A stretch of 64,000 bases of DNA, from assembly GCF_026571515.1 (NCBI RefSeq), contig NW_026860278.1:62001-126000 (forward strand), read 5' to 3'. Position numbers and translations under genes: made by a program. The first letter of the stretch is position 1. Every line of letters begins with the position of its first letter. Under the pieces are notes generated by a model that did not search any database, was not told where the DNA came from, and saw only the letters and a list, made by a program, of their open reading frames with translations. The DNA comes from Ruditapes philippinarum (Eukaryota). Below, one piece after another: positions 14,101 through 26,100 of this stretch.

Positions 14101-17100
14101 TGTGAATTGGAAACAAAAATGGCTTTTTAGAAAAAATCATCTAAATAAATAATTTTAAGTTATTGTGTTAATATTTACGTTCACACAGCTCCTCGTCTGG
14201 CAAATGGTAGGTTTCATCTGAAGTACATACAGCATTTTTTCTGGTCTTTGTAAATCCTGTATTACAAGTATAGTCGCATTTTTCACCAATCTCTCGTCCA
14301 CATGTGCTTGCAAGTTGTCCGTTTTTGATAGTCTGTGAACATCTTTTTTCTAAAAAATAAAAAATAAATATATCAAAGTTATTTCCCATGCACCTGTTAT
14401 TTGATTTAAACAAATTACTTTAACAATGAAGAAAAAAAAACTTATATAAATAATTTACTTTAACTTTGTGTTTCTTGTACATTATTAAACAATCGATGTG
14501 TGTGCATACAATAAGACTAGCTCTATCATATAAAAATGTCAACGAAGTATGAAACAAAAATATATTCCCCGGGCGTAAAATGTAAAAGAAAAAATATCCC
14601 GAAAATGATAAAAACAGTTAACCATGCAACATAAAACTGAAGAAATTAATGCAGGTAAGCCTATTGAAATTATGAGTATTGCCATGCATTTAATTAACGA
14701 AAGTAATTTATCTAATGTTTGACACTTTAACACTTTGTGAATATTCTATCTGATGCTGGTGTGGATATGTACAAATATTAACAAGCATTGAAAAGAAACT
14801 GAAAAAAATCAACAAAACCTCTTCACACGTCAACCAATGATATCAAAATTGATTGTTACAAATACACACGACAACAACAACTGCTTCGTACTTACTATTT
14901 GGGTCTTCTACAGGGAGAGCAATTTTGTGTAGAAAAAAATATTTTTCGAGTATATGATTTCATTTAAATGCATTAAGTATTCATTTCTACATACTGTGAT
15001 TTCAATTCAATGCATTAAGTATTTATTTCTGCATAATGTAACAAGACGGGCTCAAATTATCTTTTAAAGCTGCATGGCTCCAAAAGAGCCAAAATATTTC
15101 AAAGTAATCAACCTTGAGAAAAATGTACTAGATTTTAAGAAAAAGTAAAACTTTTCACAATTTAAGAAATAAATAACATGTTATTTGTAATTAATGACTG
15201 ATTATGCAGTATTTATCACCATATTTCTACTCAACGTTGGATGTCGATGTTTAATATTTCCCCCCAGAACCCGTGTTCGATGGAATAAAAATAACCCAAA
15301 AATCCAACCTAATTGGTTTCGACCAACATGATCCGGACCAGGCTGCGCATCCGCGCAGTTTTTGATTCAGTGATCCATGCTGTTTCGCTTACAATACCCT
15401 ATTATCAAGTTGAGAAACTGATATGCAACAGCATTTTACTGATCAACTGCGCGGACCACAGGTTGTCTGGACGCCATTGCTATGGTCTCCAAACCCATGC
15501 TGTTGGCTTTTTCAGTGACGCGCTCAATTATATATGACCTTATGTTTGTAAATTTTTAAAAGACTTCATTGCATATGCATAAGTGTAAACACTTTTTTTT
15601 CCCTTTACTACATTTACTTTTTAATTCTGTTTTAAAAATGTTTCATAAAATAGCTAAAGAACCTGGACGTTTGTTGCTTGAAAATAAGACTTTACAAAAA
15701 TATGATGTTTAAAAGGAAAATGGGTAAAAACACTGCCTCAAAATTGTTATAAATTATTCTAAATTAAAACATGGGAAAGCAATCATAGCTTTTTACTTCA
15801 TAGCACAGGTAACATATTCAATGCCATGATCAATCATAATTTCTATTTTATAAGAACGTTAAGTTTACTTCGCAACACACATATTTTAGTTGCATATTAA
15901 AATTGAATGAAAATGTATTTAAAGAGAGCGATTATCCATATTAAAATGATAAAATATCTTTAACATACCTCTGCAAAGAGGAGTGGAACTAATTTCCTTG
16001 TTCCATCCGGCTTTTGTACACACAAGTGGAGTACTGTCAATAGGAACGTAGCTTTGTGGACATTTGAACATGCATTTGTCGTCGAGATAACGTAAGCAAG
16101 AGGGTTCGAATGTTACGTCAATAGTACTTGTTTTATTGGAAGACAAAGTGACCTTTTGTTGAATTACATTGGTGCACTGGTAGACTCAAACAAAAATAAT
16201 TATTTAAATTAAAAATTCGCTCGTCCATAAACAATAGATGTGATCGTAACAAAAAAACATTGAATTAAGGTCTTTTGAAAAATGCACTTTCCCGGCTATT
16301 TTTTTAACGATGTACAAAATTTATTTCGAAAGGAATAATCCTTCAAAATAAAAATAATAAAAAACAAGTTTTCAAAACCAAAATTTGGGTTTCATTGCGT
16401 TTTTTCGGGAAAGGGAAACGAGAATACAATTTCCCCACAACAAATTAAAAAAAGAAACAAATTTTGTTACAAAATTAACACGGGTTGCTCCACAAAATAT
16501 GATTGAAAAACAAAATACAAAACGTTAAATTTTTTCAAAATTTCTTTTTGGAAAACAGTCTCACGAAAAATTGAGTAAAAACCAAAAAGTTAAAAAATAA
16601 AATAGGAAAAAAGAGTTTTCAAAAAGGGAAAGGGGCGACTTCAATGGACCCCGTTAAATAAAACGCAAACAAAATAAGCCCCCATCAAAAAAACAAATGT
16701 TTCTTTTGCATAAACATACCAATGAACAATAAGGTTATCCCGCCTATGGTTACACACAATTTATACTCGTCATCCCAATCTAATTTCCCCTTTATCGGAT
16801 GGATTAATCTTTAAGACTAAAAAGTAGTTGATAGTTTATGCATACGTACTGTCTGAACAGGCTCGGCCGTCAGGTTTCAATGAAACACCTTTCTGACATC
16901 CACATGTCCTTCCCGTCGGCGTCGGAAAGCAAACAGTGCTACAATCCCCAAGCCCGCCTCTAGCTTGACATGCTTTGGCAACTGTGAGTAATTTAACCAA
17001 AAATATCATGCAATTTTATTTATTAGGAATATTCAGTTTTTATGAGTTTCTTTATAATTTATGTCGGTGAAAAACAACAAAAATATACATAAAAAGCCAA

Positions 17101-20100
17101 AACTGATTTCTGGAAACTAAGGTGAAAAAGGAGACAAATAATCTTTAAGTTAATTTTAGTGTAAAATCATAATATCAGATATCAAATTTGTAATTATGTC
17201 TTTGGGAGAATCTTAATAGAGCGGTATTCCATTTCTAAAATCAGAAGATATGATTTCTTTTATGATGTGTAGAAACGAGGAAGTTGAAAAGCTTGTTTAA
17301 TATAAAAGTATATTGTTTGATACTTATTATACAAATCATACAAGTTTGTTGTTTGTATCTCCATAAACATACCTGGCTGAACATTCTTGTTTGTACTGCT
17401 ATAGAACGCAATGGTATCCAGCTTGCCCAATGCAGGATTCTCACCAACTTTTTTTTCTGCATACGTTGAAAGGTCAAGGCGTACGACATGACTAAGATAA
17501 CAAAAAAAAGCTTGAAAACCAATATCAGTATCTTTGAATACTCAGCACAATTATGATAAAACATTATCCATTTAAAGGGGTATTCAAACGAATATAAAAA
17601 TGTATAACATAAATACTAGAATAATTTTCTAAGAGAAAAAAAAATGACATCAAAGGTCTCAAGTTTATTCCAAACGCTATATATAGTATAAGCATAATGT
17701 TTCAGGTTTTAACACCTTCACAAACTATAAACCGAACATCTTTAAAAAGATGCATAATATGTATCTCAAAAATGAGCATCGGTAAAAATTATATGTGAAT
17801 TTCTGCTGCACCAGATGTGAAGTATAACACCAGATGTGACTGTAAAAATAGGACAATCGCAGGGTAAGTTTTCATCGTTTTAAACATTCATTTAAAATTC
17901 AATCCTTTTTCTAAGAAAATCAAAATGTGATTCTACCCTCCTGACTCTCCTCTATATTACCCATTTTTGTTTTGGATTTCTATGCAGTCTCCATCGAGAT
18001 ATTCCTTCCGTCGTGGGTTCTGGTGTGTCCAATACATGCAATGTGAATGGAGAAAATGTCACTAAACGGACTCAAAAAACAAAGATTTTACGAAATCTCA
18101 CTACAGACCGATGCTTAACATTCAGACAAATCCTGATTTAAACATTTATTCACATTTGGCTGCTCAAAATTTTGTTTGAGCTTCATATGTGCTGAATGGA
18201 TCCATAAGTGATGTAGAAAACCATCTACAAAACTACGGACCGCCTCCATATAATCATTAAATAGTCAATGTCTAGAAACAATTTAGGTTTCGTAGCTTTG
18301 GCTTAAAATTCAAATATAAAATAAGTGTGTTTGATTACCACTATGAAAAGGCTTACTAGCGTATGCTAGCATTAGAAATACTAAAAGGCCCGAGTACATG
18401 AAAATACTGACGCAGAGCGGATAGTACTCGTATGATAAACAATTCACTAATAAAGGATACGCAACTTGGACAAACAAACTAAAAGTACTGAACTTTGTAA
18501 AGCTATCATGTCATATAATATGTTTCTATAATAATAATAATGTTTACATTTATAAAAATATCTATCACTTAAATATTCCAAAAGTTATAGATAAAGTGAC
18601 AGACTTTTATGTGGAAATCTCATGGCCAGGTGCGACATCAAAAGTTTTTCTTTACAGAATATTGGCCGAGCACATTTTCTGTAAGGATGCCGACACAGGT
18701 CATGATTATTTTTACATAATAGCTGAGTTCAATATATCATAACTGTTTTATCACATGAGAAACAGAAATGAGAATTTTAATAAACATAAAATTTCAATTT
18801 ATAGTTGGCTTCTCTTTATAAATTTAATTCTCCACTCGGAACCTCGATTACTCTTTATGTAACTTGTCAATGACCAATATTGTAAACCCAACACCATATG
18901 AGCCAAATGAATCAGAAGTATGCTTGGTGTTTCTGATTGGTTGGATGACCAAAGACACAGAAAAACATTGCTGTAAATAATTGGGACGCGACAGTACTAC
19001 ACTAACCGCCGTTTCATCAGCATTTTTAATGGCAGGCCTTGACACTAACATTTTTAGCAGGTGGTACGCCGGACCACTAGATTTGAAAGTTAGGTGGTTC
19101 TTCCAGAAGTTAGGTGGTCAGTTATCATTACTATATCATTTTACTGCAAATGTAGAAAAAAATGTTTAACCTTGATGGCAAAGATGTATTATTAACCTTT
19201 AAAGAAAACAGATATTTTTAGATATATATTTTTCATCTAAATAGAAAAGGGAGAGCAAGTCAGTAGGTACTCTATCGTAGAGTTATTTGTTTGTTTGTTT
19301 TTATCTCATTCAAAAATACACAACAGAGCTCTTATTTATGTTAACTTTCATATTGAAGTGATTTCTCCCTCAACTCAAGTAAGGGAATAGTGAAACCATT
19401 TGTGTCTGTTATTTTCTTACTGTTATTCAAATATTCATTGTTGATACGTGGTACATCTTATAATCATGACAGTAACATAGTATCTTTTATAGATTAACAT
19501 TTTAATGAAACTAATAATTATCTTATTCTTGTCTTTGAAACCAAGAAAATATCTAAATTATTAAAATAATAACAATGTAACGTTATGTATAACTGTAGTT
19601 TAGCTTATTTTTCTCACAGATTTATAATACAGAAGTTTTACCTCCCTGTTGCTTGTTGGTTGATATTCATTTTTTACATTGAGTATTTTTAACCTTTTAA
19701 ATTAATTTTAACTCTAGGAGAAATAGATCTCTTGTCGTTATACAGTTAACATAAAGATAAATAGCAAAGAATTACTAGATGTATTTTTTCCAGATCATTT
19801 CGTTTGCTGCCGTTATTCAAGTATCTGAAATTAAGTTTATCCGATATCATATAATTACCATCATCGAATACTCACGGTTGATTAACATGTAACATAACAT
19901 AAATGTTAATGGTTCCGCCGTCGGTATCCGACGATGCATAATTACTAGCACCATTTGAATGAATTTTGTACCTAAATTAATATCACAAATTCTAAACTCT
20001 TTTAACTTGCAAAACAAATTTTAGCGACTTCAAATGAAAGTTATCGATGACTTAAGATCTTCTTTAACTAATCAGAGATTAATGAACCATATACATGTAC

Positions 20101-23100
20101 ATCTGACACAAGATTTTAACAAAATCATAAACTGTTTTTGACCAAATCGCCATTCTTCCAAATGAGCTTTGCATCAACCAGAAAATTCAAGTGGTCCAAC
20201 GGACCAGTGGGTTTTAAAATTAGCTGGTCCTGCCAAATTCAAGTGGTCTCGGACCAACGGACCACCGCTAATGTCGAGGCCTGAATGGCATGCCAAAAGA
20301 TGGATTTTTAAATTTATATCAGTTACAGAGCAGGCAAAGAATAAGTCAAATAGGCGTTGACCCATAATTGCAACTATGGACATGAAATGAACCATGTAAA
20401 TATTATGCAAGGACGTTTCTTGATGTGGAAAGTAAATATGCAAAGTTTTTTTTTTGATATTTTTCAAAAAGTTTATCACTAACTTTCTTACAGCGTCATA
20501 ACAAATTCAAACACGATTCACATTACTCCCCTATTAAGCAGACAGTGCAGTCGAATGAATAATTAGTTAATTATATAATGTATGACGGCATAAAAAGGGA
20601 ATGATTGCAGTACACATGACGTCAATAAATCAAAATCAACAAGGCCTTCCCACCATATTTACGTATTTTCAAAACCTTTCGTATGTAGAATGTCTTTTAT
20701 CTATTTCTATATGGATACTATGTTACTCAAGCTCGTCTCGTGAAAATGTGTCTATTTCGGATAATGATGTTTTTATTACAGAATAATACACAATAGAATA
20801 AATTAAAGATTGCTTTATGAAAGTGATGCGTAATTATGTTGCATATTATTTATATTATGCACATATGGATCTCTTCAGCACATATTGAGCTCAAATGCAA
20901 TTTAGAGCAGCGATTCCTTCGTTTGTCGCCAAATGTCAATAAATATTTAAACCAAGATTTTTCTGAATGTTAAGCATCGGTCTGTAGTGAGATTTCGTAA
21001 AATCTTTGTTTTGTGAGTCCGTTTAGTGACATTTTCTTCATTCACATTGCATGTATTGGACACACCAGAACCCACGACGGAAATTCACATATAATTTTTA
21101 CCGATGCTCATTTTTGAGATACATATGGGGTTCCAACCCCGTGACATCGGTGCTTTTATATAAATCAAAATAGTGACGTACTCTCTATGATACGCGGAGT
21201 AATATAGGTAAGTCCCGTCTGTTTCCAAATCCCTTATTTGTTCATCACGGTATGTACTGGTCATGTTTTTAATAGTCTTACAGTTTGCTCCATCAAGATC
21301 ACATTGTTGAATCGTGTCAAAAGTTGCGTCCGACCAGTACAAGTGGTCATCTGTAATGATGAAATATTTTCTTTTTTTGGTGACTCGTTTAAGAAGAAAT
21401 CATTCATTATCAATGAAAAAAATATATATAACAAGCAGGTTAAATACTAAATGTGCTACTTGTCTAGTTGGCACACCTCTAATAATCGATAAAAACACTT
21501 TTTTTAACGTGAACATCAAAATATTGGATAGCCAATGACTTTGTTCCCACTGCACGCTAAACATGCACAGACAAAAAAATGCAAGGACGTGGATATGCGA
21601 AATAGTTATTTTTTTATAGGTACAAAGGAGTCAAGAGTAAGTATCATAATTTTAATAACAACTATTAGGTCCCAAATGAATAAATTATGCATCTATTTGA
21701 AGTAAGCCAACCAGAAAAATAAAGAATTTTTGAAATTGTTGATAGTATCATAATTGCTGATTTTGTAAAGTTTACAAAGTTAACATAAAAAAATCAACAA
21801 AACAACAACAAAATACTACTTTACTTACGCAGATAATCAATAGCCAGACCATCCGGAAAGTCGACATGGTCTCCTTTTATTAATTCGACAACATTGTTCC
21901 CATCCATGTCTGCTCGACCAATATAAGCCTGACCCCAGCCGGTTACAGTGAAATACATCCATCTGAATTTAGTAAGATAATATTAAGAACGAAATGGAAC
22001 ATTTTTAAAAAGACGCCAAACACATATATACAAATTAAAAATGTTGAAGCCTCTGATGGTTTACTTGGGACTTTTTTTTAGACAACAGTAGTAGCGGTAC
22101 AATAGAAAATGGTAGCTTTTAAAAAAACGTCAAAAGTGGTAGAATTCGAAACTGTTGAAGATCCGATACGACTGAACTTGTTCATGGAGAATGACGGGGA
22201 GTAAAATGCATCGACAATGTCGTAACTCAATGGCAAGCGGTGTATTGCCCGCCAGTAAAGGTATTCCTGTTCCTTAAATGATAGAAAAATGAAAACCGGA
22301 TTGCTTACAGTATGATTACTGATATATCTGTTTGGTCTTCTAGCTTCTAGTGTTATAAAGGTAGACATAGTTTACTTATCAATAAACTGAATGCATAGAA
22401 AATAAATGCCTAGAAAAACTGCAAAGAAACATTTACATACTAATATTAGTTACAGTTAATTATACTGATGAAATGAAATATACCCTTTTCCAGGATGCAC
22501 AACAATATCTCCGAGATCGTCATATTCAAAATCATAATCAAATTTTATAAAATCTCCTTTGTTTGTCAGTACACCAATAAAAGTGTCGTAGTATGCAGTG
22601 AAATATAAGTTCTTAGTAGTCATATCCTTGTTAAAGCGGTAAGCATATCCGTCATATCCTGAAATACAAATAAAGTATCTTGTACTGGTGTTAAGTTTAC
22701 ATTGCTGTTTTATCCTGAAATAGAAATAAAGTATACTTGGAAGGTTTAAATTTACAAAGCTGTTATATCCTGAAATACAAATTAAGTATCTTGTATCGGT
22801 GTAAATTTAAAATAGATGTCATATCCTGAAATACAAATACAAATGTAAAGTGTAAATGATACATTGCTGTTATATCCTGAAATACAAATAAAGGATCTTG
22901 TACCTGTGTAAATTTACATTGCTGTTTAATACTGAAAAACAAATAAAGTATCTTGAAACCTGTGTAAATTTTACATTGCTGTTATATCCTGAAATACAAA
23001 TGAAGTATATTGTACATGTTTAAATTTACATAGCTGTTATATTCTGAAATACAAATAAAGTATATCACTGATGTAAATTTACATTGCTGTTTAATCCTGA

Positions 23101-26100
23101 AATACAAATGAAGTATCTTGTACCGGGGTAAATTTACATTGCTGTTTAATCCTGAAATACAAATAAAGTATACTGTACATGTTTTAATTTACACAGCTGT
23201 TATATCCTGAAATACGGATTTAATGACATGTACTCGTGTATAGTACACACAGCGTTATATCCTGAAAAACAAATAAAATATCATGTACCCATGTATGTTC
23301 TTTATCTACACATAGCTGTCACATTATGATATTTAGAACACACTTTGTAGACATCATATGCTTTAAATAATGTCAAATACATTTGAAATTCTCGTTAGTT
23401 ATTACATTTGTTTTCATATTATAATTAACATATTGAACCAAACATTCCATACTTTAAACATGTTGCAATTTGAGTTCAGAAAATGAATGAACTATTTTAA
23501 AATAGTATTACCAAGATCGGAAAGAACCTTGAGGCCAGTTCCATTCAGATTTGAACTCTTTATCTCTGAATCATAATACTCTGCCCAAACCATTTTCTTT
23601 GTATCGGCGTCAAAATAAACACCCATGTATTCATCATTGTCATTTCCCGGAATAGCTGCTATTCCATCAGTTTCGAGATTTATCTGCTGCAGAGCCTCAC
23701 TTGTCCAATCAGCAACCAGAATAAAATTATCGTCGACAACAGCTGAAAGATTTTTGTTGTATACTTTATATCAGATTTGGATTATTTTGATTCGTAAATG
23801 AGACGAATGCCTTTACGCAGTAAAACTGAACATATTGCAAGCTCGGTTTGAAATGGCGCAATAGACTCTATGAAATCAAGCCTAACACATTTTCAATTTT
23901 GCCGATTAGGGGTTTTCTAAATGGATCTTTATCATATTTGATTTTATGTATCAACTGCGGACAAGGATGAAAGAAACATCAAATTTTGTTTTTGAACAAG
24001 TATACAACTTAGTAACATTATAATTTCATACTAGTTCAGTCACATGAAAACAAATGCTTTGGTAAAATATAAGTTTAATCATAATAGACTATTTTCATTA
24101 TGAAGCAAAAATTATTGTTGCAAAGATAGAAGTTACATTTTCGTTACAATCTGCTCTAATACAATACACGAGCCTGTTGTTAAAATTTAGTTCTTTGATG
24201 TTTTTGTGTTATTTAGTTACTGTAACTCTTTATTACAGTAATCCTCTTGTTCTGCAATTCTTTGTTTTTCGATTAAAGTACTACTATACCGAAATTATTC
24301 CTAAATACCAAATAACGAGCATGACTTCTGCAGAATTTTCATTGCGATATTAGACATTTATGGCATGAAGAATTATTGCTTGCATCGTGTACAGTTACAT
24401 CTCCATTTTTTGGCCAAATTTCTATGTTATGCAAATCACAGCGCTTGTCATTAGTGAAATAACCATTTAATTAAAAAACACAAAAACAAATAATTACTTG
24501 ATCTACAGCTGGTCATGTCAGGTCCTAGGCTGTATCCAAGGCGACACTCGCATACTTTAGTCATGACGTTATTTGTATAATGTGTAATACAAATCTGAGA
24601 ACAGTTGCCATTTTCATAAGCACATGGACCTGAAAAAAAGGTATTTTATACAAGATTTTCACGTTTATCTCAATACAAAAGATAAACGCTGATTACATAA
24701 TTACATGTATTTGGTTCTTTATGAAAAACAATCTGAAAAGAAGGGGAAAACTTCAAATATATAAAATGACAAGACATTTTTTTCCACTTAATTTAGTGAA
24801 AACAATGAATAACAGTGAATAATCGAGCATCTCTCTATGTGGCGTTGAATTTATCAGAATCAATTAAACTGCCATTATTCCATGAATAAGAAGGTATATT
24901 AAACTAAAAATCATATCTAAAAAAATAATGACGTGTTTTCGGTTGTACGAAAAACGTTTGTGAATTTCTAACAATTAAAATGCAAAATTGATAAAACCAG
25001 TATTCTTTGAATAAGTATTTTGGTAAGACTGGAAGAAGGTCGTGCCGGTTAACCGTCTATGAACAGGCTCAATGAAATCGGGCGTGTAACATTTTCAATT
25101 TTGTCGTTTTTGGCGTTCTATTGGGATCCTGTTTTTCTTTATTCTTTTGTTTGTATAAGCGACACATGCATGTACTGGAGTCACTGATTTATCATACTTT
25201 CTCGGCAACAAGATACTTACTAATAAGGTTTGTGGTTTGAAGATCTATATCTAGAACATTAATATCAATCAACGTGGAGTTATCAAAATATCCTAGTGCG
25301 TTACTTGTTTTTGTCGTTAAATCGTATGTTCGAATGAGATGTTTATATGACCCAGCTGTGAACGCCCACGCTAAAAAGTTCTGGTAAGATGGAAAGAAAT
25401 AAAACTATGTATAAGTAATACTTTAAATATTGAAGTTATATCATTTTTAAAGCAACACGTACAAACTATGTTATCGTTTTGTAATCTCTTCTAACACATT
25501 AATTTTTCTTCAAAATAATATCATCAAAACTTGTCAGTAACAAGAATTGCATTTGTCAAGATATGCACTTACTGTTTATAAAACAAGGTGCAATTTCCAT
25601 AAAATCCTACTTTATCATCTGAAAATAAATCTTACTTTATAAAGAACAACGTAAAATACGTTGCTATCGAAAATCTGAAAAAATTCTAACTTTATAAAGA
25701 ACAAGGTGAAATATGTTGTAATTGATTCCATAAAATGCTACTTTAGCATCTGAAAAACAAATCTTACTTTATAAAGCACAAGGTGAAATATGTTGCATTT
25801 GATTCTATACAATTCTACTTTAGCATCTAAAAAAACAAATCTTACTTTATAAAGAACAAGGTGAAAAATGTTGCTATTGATTCCATACAATTCTACTTTA
25901 GCATCTAAAAAACAAATCTTACTTTATAAAGAACAAGGTGAAAAATGTTGCTATTGATTCCATACAATTCTACTTTAGCATCTAAAAAAACAAATCTTAC
26001 TTTATAAAGAACAAGGTGAAAAATGTTGCTATTGATTCCATACAATTCTACTTTAGCATCTAAAAAACAAATCTTACTTTATAAAGAACAAGGTGAAAAA

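Noticed and set aside
22078-22368. Intronic ORF with a YLYW word, suggesting an alternative propeller exon
   Set aside because: Candidate acceptors do not put YLYW in frame with the phase-2 end of exon 16, the rest lacks blade pattern, and exons 16 and 17 join cleanly.
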